From Guillardia theta CCMP2712 (Eukaryota; Protista; Cryptophyta): a stretch of DNA of 64,000 bases. Shown in pieces: positions 12,218 to 24,112 of this stretch (position 1 is its first letter; the number at the start of each line of letters is the position of its first letter). Location of the stretch: positions 488,006 to 552,005 of the forward strand of contig NW_005434672.1 of assembly GCF_000315625.1 (NCBI RefSeq). Reading direction: 5' to 3'. The translations under genes were made by a program, and so were the position numbers. The notes below the pieces were generated by a model. It had not been told where the DNA came from. It saw only the letters and a list, made by a program, of their open reading frames with translations, and did no database searches.

Positions 12218-12274
12218 AAAAAACCTCCTCTTTTCGTGATAGTCGTACTATCTTTAACTTAACATTGAGTAAAG
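12218..12274 (+). repeat. Dispersed conserved non-coding element, copy 1
   Basis: tcgtactatctttaacttaacattgagtaaag, near-identical to 36187-36224 (+) and to the reverse complement of 58663-58700. Confidence 0.7.
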
Positions 12275-12424
12275 CCTTAAGACCAGCGGCAGCAGATATG
12301 CGCCAAACGTTCCGTTGTGAGTCGCAGCCTTTAGTCCTTGAGATGTACCTCCGCTACTTGAAGCGAACTGAAGATACGTCTCAAGCCTGTTCACACTGTC
12401 AGTACCCGACTGACTAGCACGCAC

Positions 12425-13147
12425 ATGTCGCATACCGTCACGGTGAGAGGACGAGCTGGCTCTACTAAGGGAGCCCGTGCCAGGCCTGTCGAGCTGACCC
12501 TGGCCAAGCTTGAGCTGTTGTATGAGCTCCGTCAAGAGGAGGCCGCCAACTGCCTGGTATGAATGCTGGCCTCCCCTTGCTTGGTCTCCCGTAGTAGCTC
12601 GATGTCCTTGCTCGATGTTGTTGCTTGATCGTCTTGCTCGATCTCCTTGCTGACTTGCGCCTTGCTCGTGCAGGGTATCTCGCTCACGAGCCTCAAAAGC
12701 GCCTGCCGACGTCTCGGGCTGACGCGATGGCCATACACAAGATCGATCCGCTCCTCCTCCTCCTTCCTCCAGCAGACGGCGCAGGTGGCAGCAACTTATG
12801 ACAGAAGCAACGGACCTCGAGCAACAACACCAACACCTCATCACGATGCTCCTGCCTCCTCTCCGATGCTGACTGGCTGCCCCCATGAACTCGCCCAGGC
12901 TCCAGACGCTCATCACGCCCATGGCGCTTCGGTCCAGCCAGAGGAGCACTCTTTGACCGCCAGAGTGACGCTGGAGGAGTTGAGGATTCTGGGAGAGTGG
13001 GACGAGGAGCATAGCCAGCTGCTTGTCAACAACGAGTGGATCGACTACATTCTCAGCTCCGGCGAGTCAACAGACGTCGACATGAGCCCTGGAGGGGCAA
13101 GCTCGAGCTCTCGATCAGAGCGGACGTTGGATGGACCTGCAACGTGA
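12425..13147 (+). CDS. RWP-RK domain transcription factor
   Basis: Exon 1 ...LTLAKLELLYELRQEEAANCL is spliced (intron ~12557-12673) to GISLTSLKSACRRLGLTRWPYTR, the RWP-RK signature. Confidence 0.88.
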
Positions 13148-13552
13148 TCCACCGCAGGAGAGAGGCAGCGGTTCACACTTGGTGCTCAGCAAGCAGGACT
13201 GCTGGCTGCGATGCGCTCGCTCACAGAGTCCGGCCATCGAGCAGGACGACGAGGCAGCAGCTGATGCCGCGGCAGGAGGAGCTTGAGGGCGGAGGTTTCG
13301 GCGAGATAGTGACGGGGGGTGGGGGGGATAAAGCAAGGGGGTGCTGGCAAGTAAACGACTCGAATCACGAGAGAGGTCCGAGGCTGTCAGCCATGAATCG
13401 GAAGTCCACCAGCTCTGTAGTTGGCCATGATGGTGCATTCCAGTCACGTGGAAGGTAATCCCTAGCATCACCCGGTAACCGTGTGAGACGAAATCACTTG
13501 GATGGATAAGATCGCTAAGTTTTAGGCAGCGTCAAGGACAGTTTCGCTAATT

Positions 13553-14387
13553 TACATGAGAGCAGGGAAAGTCTGTCGGAGAGCATCGCGGCACACAAAC
13601 ATCTTGCCGAATCCCTGCTGAGACCTCAGCTGTCACGTCAAGGTTGAAAGGCAACTCGACCTCTTCCTCCCTTGGCTGCTGAAAGCTTTGCGCAAATTTC
13701 CGTACGATACCTGCCGATGGCTTGTTAAGAGCTGCAAGCGTGCACTAAGAAAGGCTACCCAGGCTCTTCTTGTTCGGGCCGAGAGTCGGGTGGCCCCGTC
13801 GCGACATGACGCGATCACAGCAGACGTCAGGGTGAGCTTGAAACAGCATAACCTGTTCTAGGGTGTCATTTCGCTGATCAAGCGCAGACAGTGTGGGCTC
13901 CATGTGACACTTCACCGCGATTTGTTGCCTTGAGAGTCCTCGTTGCTTCCCTAGTCGAATCCAGTGCGCTCGTTGATATTCATCTATCTGCATCGATGTC
14001 AAACTCCGGCCTCTAGCCGATGTTTCCAACGGATCAGCAATCCAAGAATACATTCGTCCTGTCGATCGCTACTCTCCTCTTATCCCCAAGGGCTGCTGCT
14101 GCTGCATCAATGCATGCTTCGCGGCTTCCAAGCGTGTCCTGCGAGATGATAACCCATCCGTTCTGCCTCAATCTGTCCGCCAATGTAGTCTTGCCGGACC
14201 CTGGGATGCCACAGAAGACCAAGAGCATGATTCTTTCTACAGGCTGGGCCACCTGGACCTCTGCTGATGCCCCTCCATCTGCGTGTTGAGGTCTTGCTTC
14301 AGCGCCTCTTTCAGCAGGAGCTTCAGATATAGTGGTTTCAACAGTGCTGCATGACAGCTTGCTGAAATTCTTTTCAAGATCTTCCAT
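13553..14387 (-). CDS. P-loop (AAA_33 / polynucleotide-kinase-like) protein
   Basis: LVFCGIPGSGKTT, ISQDTLGSR, VAIDRTN, QRAHW, CDRVMSRRGHPTL, FQQPREEEGF. The 3' end is approximate. Confidence 0.8.
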
Positions 14388-14769
14388 GACCTGCAGACAA
14401 GCTCTTCAGAAGTTAAACAGCACAATCGTAGAAGCAGAACACAAGTCAAATGTCTGTTAGCCCATGAGCTCACATTCTAGACTGTTCATGTAATTTCCAC
14501 CAACAACAGTTTTCAACATTCCTTATTTGTACATGTTTACATGCAAATGGAGCAGCTTCGTTAATATCAATTTACACCAACTTGTTGGTCACACACTTGT
14601 CTTTGATCGTGCACCTTTTACTAGCATGAGTGCCTCATCGCGCCAACGATAAAAACGAGGATTCAATTGGCAAGATGCTGGAAATATCCAAGAGTGCAGG
14701 AGTAACAAAAGGAAGGCGAGTTGAAAGGTGATTGTGATGCCTGTACAGAGAGGAGCGACAAGTCAAGGA

Positions 14770-14889
14770 GAGGAGAGGAGGACAACATGCTCTCTTCAAG
14801 ATGAGGAGAGGAGGACAACATGCTCTCTTCAAGATGAGGAGAGGAGGACAACATGCTCTCTTCAAGATGAGGAGAGGAGGAGAACATGG
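14770..14889. repeat. 33-bp tandem repeat, 3 full copies plus a partial
   Basis: Unit GAGGAGAGGAGGACAACATGCTCTCTTCAAGAT repeated head-to-tail with no spacers. Confidence 0.9.
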
Positions 14890-15399
14890 TCTCGCTATTC
14901 TCAGCTCCTGCCATGGTGTCTTTGTCAGAGTCTACATGCATGGTTGATGAATGCGAACGAGGCCATTATTTTTGTCGGAGGGTTGCAGTGGTACTCCAGG
15001 GTGGGTGGGGTATGACTTGGACCCCTGGGTTTGATATCTGATTCCAGAAACGTGGGTGATGGATATTAAATATAGTTGGGTCTTAGCATGGTAGGGTACT
15101 TAACCCCCACCCATCTTTGAAGTATTGTTCGGGTTCCTGGGGGTGCTCTCTTTGCTGGGAACACCAGATGTGAGGCGGGCCAGTCTGCTCAATCCCGGAG
15201 TCCGATCGCTCCGACGTAGCGGGCCGCCGGGCCGGGCCCACTGCCAGGGCGCCCACTGGCGGCCAGCCCGGCCCTGATACCGGCGGGGCCCTGGTGAGCC
15301 TCAAGTTCTCACTGTCCGATCACCGTGCCGTACCGTACGGTACTTGAAGGGCCCCGAGTCACGGCGGTTCCCGGAGTCCACTCGGACTCTCAGTGACTC

Positions 15400-18142
15400 T
15401 CGCGACTCACTGCGGCACAGAACTTGGCAATAAGCAGCAGATGCCGAGCGCCACCGAACATTTCAATCAACTTCTCCACATGCTAGTCCCGACCTCACTG
15501 ACACCCTTCAAGGCTTCCTCCCCCCCCCCCCCCCCAACCACCACTTCTCCCTCGACCTTCGTTCCCTCCCTGCCTCCCTCCCCTCCACCAAGAGGTGACT
15601 CGCTCAGAGCACTTCAGGTTGTCATGCTGCTCCTACAAGCAGTAGCCCGTAGCTTTCTTCCCCTTCATACGCGGCAGAGTGGGAGCCTGCTGGAACACCG
15701 CTGAGGAGGAAGGAGTGAGACTGACATACGGAGAGGGAGGAGGAGGACGAGGCTTACACGCGGGGCGAGGGATCAGAGGCGCTCCAGTCTGAGGCCGGAC
15801 GGCAGCAGAGAGAGGACGGGCACTAAGACCGCTCCACTGCTGCACGAGGACCTGGCCGAGCATGTCTGCAGCAGGGTCAGAAGCCCCTCTCCTCTAGCTC
15901 CAGCAACCTTCGTCCTTGCTCTTCACAGCCAGGGAAAGCGCGTTCCTGCCCGAGCTCGAGGACGCGAAAGCTCCTGCCCAGAGGGTCTGAGGTTGAGAGG
16001 AGAAGGCAATGGTGGGATGGCAGGTGCCAGTGAAGCGAAGGTCAAGCAGGGGGAAGGAGATGCTGGAGAGGAGATCGAAGTCGGAGGAGTAGGAAGAGGA
16101 AGGCAAGGAAATGGAGGACACAGAGGGTCATTACCTGCATTCATCAGGTACGAAGCAAGCTCACTGTCCCCGTCCTCCACAGCGATCATGAGTGCGGTAT
16201 ACCCCCTTGAGTCTTGCGCCTGAGGTGAAATGAGGAGGAGGAGGAGAGTCGAGCTAGCGTTTCACGTCAATCAGCAGGCGAGGAGCGAAGAGAATCCGTG
16301 AGATGGCATGGAAGGAGCCGAGGAACGTTGCGACGTGCAGCGGCGAACGACCCTTCTTGTCCTTGGCATTGATGTCTGCAGAGAAGTTGACGAGCAGATC
16401 GATCACCTGGAAACAAGAAGGTGAGGAGAGGGAAAGAGACGAAGTGAGGAGGCAGGAAGGGGAGGGGGGAGGAGGCAGAGGTGGATGGGATTGGAGAGGG
16501 GCACAGGGGGGTCAGCGAGACCTTGGTCTGTTCCGGTTGCCGAAAGACAGCGAGGTGGAGAGCAGATAAACCGTGAGCATCCTGCGCGTTCGGGTTGACA
16601 TCGGTGGAGAGGATGGCCTCAACAGTCTCAGCGGATCCCTCAAGAGCTGCATGGTGCAGAAGCGTCCAGTCTTGATGCTGCTCCTCCTCCTTCACAAGCT
16701 TGGGAGGGGAGCCAGAGGACAAGAGCGAGCGCCAGTCGGAAGCAGCGACCTCCTTGCTCTTCACTCGCTTGTTGAGCTCAGCAACACAGAACTGAAACAG
16801 CTGGGCGTTTGAAGAGCGAGCAGCGTAGACGATGGGCGTCTGACCGTTGGCATCCTTGAGCTGCAGCATCGGCCAGGCCTTGTGAGCGAGCATGCTCTCT
16901 ACCATGTCGTTCCTGCCCGACAGGACGGCGATGTGCAGCAAGTTCCTCCCTCCGGCGTCTTGTCGAGGGTAGACCTGCATGATGTCCAAGTCGTCGGCGA
17001 GGCGATCACGATGCCACTGCGAAGAGAAGCTGCGTAGGAAGAGATAAGTGGGAGAGGAGCAAGACACAGGGCTCTCTCAATGGAGAGCTAACGAACATCA
17101 CCTGCTCTGCAAGGGATGGCGGTGAGGCTGGACGAGCGTGGAAGAAGCCAAGACCCCTTCCTCCTCCCCGTGTCTCATCCTGGCGTACGACGACGAGGGC
17201 CTGCAGCTCCTTAGCTGCAGTGCATGAGGGGCTTGCAAGCTCGCGGGAGTCTGTAGCTCTAGCTTCTTGCCCTTCGAGGGCTTCAGGGCGAGGAGGAGGA
17301 AGAGCAGCGTCTCCCACTGGCCGCAGCAGCATGCGATCTCGATCGCAGTCCACCCTAGACTCTTCCTCCCCTTGGAAGACTCCTTCTCCTCCTCCTCCTC
17401 CTCCTCCTCATATCTCCTCCTCCTCCTCCTCCTCGTAGGTTGTTCGCCCTTCTTGGTACTCGGCTCCGCATTGAGAGGGCTGATGGGTGAGTCAACTGAC
17501 AGGATCTGAGCCCCGGCGTCCAGCAGCATCTTCACACAGGCGATGTTGCCGACCATGGCGGCGCTGTGGAGTGGCCGCATGCGCATCTTCAATCGAGAAA
17601 TGAAGCGACTCATGCGCAGGTAGGGAGACATGGATGGAGGAGCCGCGTGGAGGAGGAAGACGGGGCCCTCGGGGAGTTCGACATTAGCCTTGGCGTCAAG
17701 GAGGAGCCTGCAGCAGTCGAGGCCTGCAAGAGGAGTGAGGTCATAGGACAGGAGGAGGGAGAGAGCGCAGGTCTTAGAGTGAACGAAGGAAGAGTCCAAC
17801 AGCAAGCAGCTACGAAGTAGGGGGCAGCGGGAGGGAAGAAGGATCCCAGGAGCAGGGATACAGGAAGAGGAGGAAAGAGGAAGGTTTGGGAGAGAGTGAG
17901 AGCAGAGTGTTGGGGATGCGTCACCCTGAGGTCCGTTCAGTCTGCAGGCCTCTCCGAGGAGAGACACCCCCTCCTTCATCAGGATGTTGACGTCATGCCC
18001 GGCCGCAAACAAGGACGACCGGAGAGCATGCTTGTCGCCATGCCGGACAGCTCTGATCCATCATAGGTCAGCCACCCTGCGCTCTTCTCTCCTCTCCTCT
18101 CTCAACGCACGAGAGGATCGACAAGTGCTTGTGCAGCGACAT
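15400..18142 (-). CDS. Ankyrin-repeat protein, multi-exon
   Basis: MSLHK|AVRHGD (GC-AG intron), RPLHSAAMVGN, GWTAIEIACCCG, GRNLLHIAVLSG, GQTPIVYAA, WTLLHHAALEG, GLSALHLA, GYTALMIAVEDG, GRNALSLA. The 3' end is uncertain. Confidence 0.82.
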
Positions 18143-18227
18143 GGCCTGAACCTGCGCGCGGGTCCAGGCAGAGATTCCCTTGGAAGCCTGCGCGGAGTCA
18201 TGGGGGAGCATGGAAATCTCTTTCAGC

Positions 18228-19076
18228 TCATCGCACAATCTGACGGGCTGCATCCACGAACTGCTTGCGATGAGCTTCGGTCACAGGGACCAGATCCTTG
18301 AGCTCGAGCTGCAACTTGGAGGGAGGAAACGGCATGGCGCTGCCGACGGTCGGACGACAAGTCTTTGGGTCGACATCCACCTGCATTGTGAAGGATCAGG
18401 ACGAGGCAATGGCTGCATGCTCTCACCTCGCACATGATCCGGACATCGACTTTTCCCCTCCTCTGCTCATGGTAGATCGTGTCAGACAGATCTTTGCGCG
18501 TCTCTCGCTTGTTGATCAAGACGTATGTCCGAACGATGGTTCCTCGCACCGTTGTCGCCTCCACCTCTTTCGTTGCGTTCTTTCTCGCCAGCTCCTTGAT
18601 CTCTTCCAATGTCTTCACCCTCACGCTCCTATCCTTTGGCCGTATGAGATCTGCGTAAGGATCTTTCTGTACAGTCCGCGCGGCGTCCAGCAGCGTCTTG
18701 TCGAAGAGGACTCTCTCCCCGCTACGCAACGCCTCCCTAACAAGCTTCACATCCTCGTTGTTCTCTACTGAGTCGTAGAGACCATCGGATGTCAGCACAA
18801 GCAGCGGCCGTCGAGACCCTGCCCTTCCCTCCAGCAGGAAACAATCGCCGAGGTTTCCGGCCTTGAGGAACGCCCCTGACTTCCACAACTTTGGGTCCAA
18901 CATCACCGCTGTTTCATGCACCTGATACGGATGCCTGCCTACTGATGACGATGATGCTACGGTTGTTGATGTTGATGTTGATGTTGATGATGACGCGACT
19001 TGTTGTTACTGCTGATGTTTTTGCGTTCGTCACGTCCTTTCTTCACCTTGTATACTCTTGCTCCTCCGACCGCCAT
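18228..19076 (-). CDS. Hypothetical protein (~235 aa, 3 exons) with PP2C-like short motifs
   Basis: MAVGGARVYK|VHETAVML...GNLGDC...LVLTSDGLYD...IMCE|VDVDPKTC...ARQIVR*, with canonical splice sites. Confidence 0.6.
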
Positions 19077-19233
19077 GGTCGACCGTTGAAACCCGGGAAA
19101 CTAAAAGAGCTAATCTACTTTTTCTGCCCCGGCCCAGCGGCGACGGCCGCCGGGCCGCGGCAGGACAGTAGCACAGTTAACTAAATAATTCATCAACGTC
19201 GGTTACAATCGTAACGGCAGAGCGGAAGCAGCG

Positions 19234-22200
19234 ATGGCGGGGCAGGTGAAGGAACTCGAGCGGTTCATGCGGACGACCAAGGAGCTGCGGGGGCTGGTGG
19301 GGGAGCTGGTGGGGGAGAGGCTGAAGACAGGCAAGTCCAGCCCGGGCCTGAAGGAGGCGGCAAAGATGTGCGTGGTGAAGATGGCCGAGGTGCGGAAGGC
19401 GAACAGAGACGCGCACGAGGCTGCGGACAGCATGCTGTGCGCGGCCGAGGCGGAGAGGAATAAGACGGATCAAGTCAGCCAGCAGGTAAGGTCCTTCTGC
19501 ATGCCGAGGAGAGCATGCAGTTCATCCGCCCCCTTCCCTTTTTTGCCGTGTTTTGTTCATGGCGTCGGTGTGGAACACAGTTGGGGGGTGCAGGATCCCT
19601 GTAGGGAAGGGGGTGTCAAACCTGTGTTTGATGGCATGCTGTGGGTATCAAGAGATCTCTTGTCTGACATGCATGCCAGCTTCAAAACTTGCAATACCAG
19701 AAGATTCACCTCAGCAGAGAGCTGCAGTTATGCTTGAACTACAAGGGCCACGTTGGTAGGACACCTGCCCCTCTCCACCTGCTTTCCAGTCTGACTTGGA
19801 TCTACAGTTGATGACTTGATTCCTGAAGAAGAGTATGAGAGTATGACAACCCCAGAGGAGCGTGGAGGCCCGCGCGGGTACTCCCCTCGCTCGCTGTTGG
19901 GGAGCGTTTTTGACACGGATACCAGATCGCACGAGTATGAGCTGAATCGTCTGAACAAGGAGCACAAGCAGAGAGAAGCGATGATCAAGTCCTTGAAACA
20001 GCAAGGTTGATCTCTCGTGCCACAAACCTTGAATGCAACTAACGTGCCACTTGCAAGAACTCCGCAAGCAGCTGTACGAGGGCAAGCTCACATCACAGAG
20101 GAAGTTTCTCGACGGGCTGCAAGGTTATCTGAAATCCAGTTGAATCTCGTATTGTGATACTGATCTATGACTCAGCTCATCTCGATGCCATCTACAATGC
20201 AGCGGAGCCCGTGAGGAAGGAGTTCTCAAAGTCTGCTCCTCTCCCCTCCCTGCATTCGGAGTTGGCAGCCACTGCGTCTTTGCTCCCTAGCCCCCTTTAC
20301 TCGATCTACTATCAGGTAGCTCTAGCACCTTGTGTCCTTCCATGACCTGTGACGTGCTTGTTTGCAAGGCTCACTCGTACGAAGTCGCTTTCGGAGAAGA
20401 CGTGGCAGTGAGCATCGAGGGCGACATAACGGAGGCACAAACTTTCATGAAAGCACAAGTGAGACAAGTCTCGTCTGAGAGTGAATGCTTTCTTTTGACC
20501 ATGCGTGCAGGCAACTGCTGTCCCTCCGACACCTGGAGCAGACGCAAAGAAAAGAAGGTCATTCCGCCTTGATGCGAGGCGTCAGCGGCTGACACCAATT
20601 TGTTGCAGGAAGAGGAAGAACAAGGACATGGAGGAAGATGAAGAGGAATCTTTGACAAAGCCGCATCCATTGTTCTTGAAGCTTAAGATCCCTCCGCAAC
20701 CCGAAGATCCACCATCGACTGCTCCAACGATCACTCTCACCTTCTCCTACTTGACAAAACTACAGGTTGCGAACCTTAATTTCCCCCTTTTGTATGATGG
20801 CGTCTTCAGCGTTATGCTCTTGTCTACCCCGAACCTAGAATCCCTATCTCCTCACGTTGTCACAACAGATCGTAGTCGTCCAGCACGAGCTCAGCTCTAA
20901 GGAGAAAGAGCCTTCTTTTCTTCAAGATCTCTTCCCGAATGATGTAACTCTATCAGACTGTTTTCCTTCTTGGCTTACACAGCTTTCAGTCGGGAATTTT
21001 TTCTCCCCTGGTGGCAAACGACTATTTGTACATTAACATAAATACTCGACGCCCTCGCGCGTTCAACGACACCAACAGTCCTGGACGTCCTTACAAGTGG
21101 GCGCAGGCAAGACTCGGACCCTGTTTCGTTCTATCCTCTGCTGACTGATGACCATCTCGTCCTCCTCCAGACCGTGGGCTGCATGACCTTCCCTGCAAGA
21201 GACTCGGGAGACGCGAGCAACATCAAGGCGCCAATGGCAAGACAGAGCTGAGCTGCTGGCGATCTCTCCTGACTAGATTTCACAGCTCCGAGACTCAGGG
21301 ATCACATTCTCCAAGCTCGTGAAAGCCTTGCGCGAGCGATGTTTGGTGTGGACTCAGGTGCGTCAGACGAAGCAGAAGCCGCCATGATCACACCAGAGCG
21401 ACAGGTGAAACAGATGATGCAAGAACTTTCCAAGATGAACACCAAGGAGCTGCCAAAAGTTCCTGGTTGCGAAGCTCTTACTGGTTCAGGGGCTGTACTG
21501 CATGGCTGGAAGGAGGTCTGTGCGGAAGTAGCCCTGTCCTTGCAGTCATGCGTCTCATCCAGGTGACATCCGAGTTCTTGGAGAACTTTGCGGAGAACGA
21601 TGAGGTGCGGGCTCGTTCCTGAAGCGGGGGAGGTGTAGAGGCTGACTGGGTCGGCAGGAGGAGAAGGAGCCCGAGAAGATGGTGCTCGAGGGGGTCAACG
21701 AAGAAGGAGAAGTGATGCCGTCTCAGGTGAGGAGCGGGTGGAAGGATGAGTTGGACTCTAGAAATGACGCTTGTTCTTCAGGCTGACGCAGCAGAAGATG
21801 TAGGGGCAGACAGTTGAAATGATCACTTCAATTCCTGATGATTGTGATGCAGGAGGTCTACCACACAACCGAAAAGGAGGACCGCAACATCTCCCGCAAG
21901 GTCTCTCGCTCCTCCCTCTAGTCCTCGTCGCTCATCGTTGCGCAGGAGCACAGATTTTTCCAGCTCACTGTCAAGAAGGGCGAGTGGCAGGCGCTGGTGA
22001 GAGGAGCGCGCCTGCCATGCTGATCGGATGACGGTTCTGCAGGCGGAGATCGAGCTGCCCCGCGGCTATCCCAAGAAAGCGCCATCCTTTACCTTGAAGA
22101 TGCTTCAGGAAGGGGCGAGGAAGACTGTGAGATGACCAGCCATCGCTCCTTCTTCTCCTCACTCGCTTTGTTCCCAGGCACCCTCCTTCTCTCTCACTAG

Positions 22201-22603
22201 CGTGGATCCGAACGCGCTTGCTGTTGTCGATGCTGCTAGGTGGGTTGACATTTCTTGCCGGGCACAGTCTGAATGTCTCGTTCAAGGAAAAATGGCGAAG
22301 CGACGGACAACGCTCTGCGGAGCATCGAAGAGGAGCTCAACACTCATGCAGCTGCTGAAGCTGCGGCTGCTGGCTGCCCTGGTGAGACGAGCTTGCCTGC
22401 AGTGTGTGTGAGAAAGGTAACACGATGTTTCAGCTTCTCGCCTCCTCATCTACCAACTATGGACGCTCAAGCATTGCTTCGCCATCTACATCGACGTGGT
22501 GACCGGTCAGCCTCTGCACGCTCTCCGAGAGCATCGGGGGCGCGACCGCAGGCTTCCCTTCCTCTACAACCCCGACACGCACTCGCTGGACCAGAGGGCA
22601 TGA
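19234..22603 (+). CDS. THOC5: THO complex subunit 5 (FMIP), multi-exon
   Basis: LQNLQYQKIHLSRELQLCLNYK, HEYELNRLNKEHKQR, LPSPLYSIYYQ, HPLFLKLKI, LTFSYLTKL, GRPYKWAQ, and the C-terminal RGRDRRLPFLYN. Confidence 0.85.
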
Positions 22604-22988
22604 AGGAAGCAGGGGCACAAGTTGTAGCTTGGGGGGAGGGGGGGAAGGGGGGATGAGCTCGACTGTCTTTAAAACCTCAAATAAAGAAATGTGTACGAGA
22701 CATACAATATTCTTACTACTGTAAAGGAAATAAATTACATACTAGCTACTAAACTACCTCCTATATTCGCAATATTGTTACTTAAATTGTTTTAGTTTTG
22801 TACTTTTGTTCAGGATAGGCCCTTTCTTAAAATAGGTATCTAAACAATGGTATTAATTAAAACAATTCATAGTACAGAAAATTCTGCCAGTACTGTATGT
22901 TGATTGTATTGTTTCATTCTGTTCCGTTCAATCAGCAGAATTATGGTACAGTTTGAAAAACAATTTTAACCTTCGCCGCATTTCCGCG

Positions 22989-23925
22989 ATGCTTCGCCGC
23001 CTCCTTCAGCGAACAAGCGCCGTGCGCTTGGCTGCCTCCTCCTTCTCCTCCTCCTCCTCCTCCTCCTCCTCCTTCTCTCGTAGCTTCTCTACTCATCTCA
23101 CTCCTTCTGCTGCATGCGCGAAGTGCATCGTCCCAGCAACTGCCATCGCTCGCCAGAAGTTGAACTGTGCTGTCCAGCGCGGTAAGCACTCAGATGGCTA
23201 CGTGTATGCCATTTCCGGCATCGACCCGCAGCTCTGGAAGGGCAGGACAGTCAGGGTGATGAAAGAGACCAGACCTGTGCACATGAACGGACCTGGATTG
23301 CACTATGGATGGAGATTGGTGTAAGATTTCACTGCCATTTGCGTTGATGCATCTTTGTGCAACCGCCCTCCCTTTTGCTCTTCATTATTCGTGAACTCAA
23401 CGACTGATTCATACTTTTGTTTCCATCGGGGAACCTTCTTCTGTGTCTCATCCTCAACAATCTGCCTCTCACCACCCAAACTCGTCATCCTCCCGTCCTT
23501 GTGTTCGCCGCTGGCGCATGGCAGATAGTTGACGAGAATGGTCGTGCCCAGGTTTGACGTCAAGGAGAAATGGGCGAACCCCCTCATGGGCTGGACCTCA
23601 GGACGAGATCCTCTTGCTCAGCTCGTGTACCAGCTCAAGTTCGACACCAAGTGCGTGCTGAGGTCCATTGGTTGAACTGCCTCTCAACGTGTTTGCAGGG
23701 AACAAGCGGTCCGGTACTGCGAGGAGCACAATGTCGACTACACAGTCGAGGAAGAGACTGTCATGACCGAGGACATGATTGAGCAGAAGTCCTACGCTGA
23801 CAACTTCCAGTGAGGTCTGCTCGTGGGGTTGCTGGAGCTGACAAGGGCGCAGGTGGGATGGAGACGATGAGACGGATGCCACGGGCCACAGCATGTGGGC
23901 CACCCGCCGGCTTGGATGCAAGTGA
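22989..23925 (+). CDS. NDUFS4: Mitochondrial complex I subunit NDUFS4 (18 kDa)
   Basis: Arg/Ser-rich mitochondrial presequence, [22 protein letters not shown]|[16 protein letters not shown]|W. Confidence 0.88.
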
Positions 23926-24112
23926 GCGACGCCGATGTAGATCTACGACAGAGACATCGCTCCCTGCTGTCTTCTCAGCTCCGTTCTTGATTTGTATGTG
24001 AGGTCATGTTGGTGCAAGCCGCATGAACTTGTCTTTAAAGAATACTCCTTCCCCTGCATATACACCATCCAAGCATGCGGCACGTCTGTGAATATCCTTA
24101 GAGGATAGGACT

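Noticed and set aside
12254-13012. 252-aa minus-strand ORF
   Set aside because: It is the antisense shadow of the RWP-RK gene.
14770-14889. 33-bp repeats as a CRISPR array
   Set aside because: The units are contiguous with no spacers, there are no cas genes, and the context is eukaryotic; it is a minisatellite.
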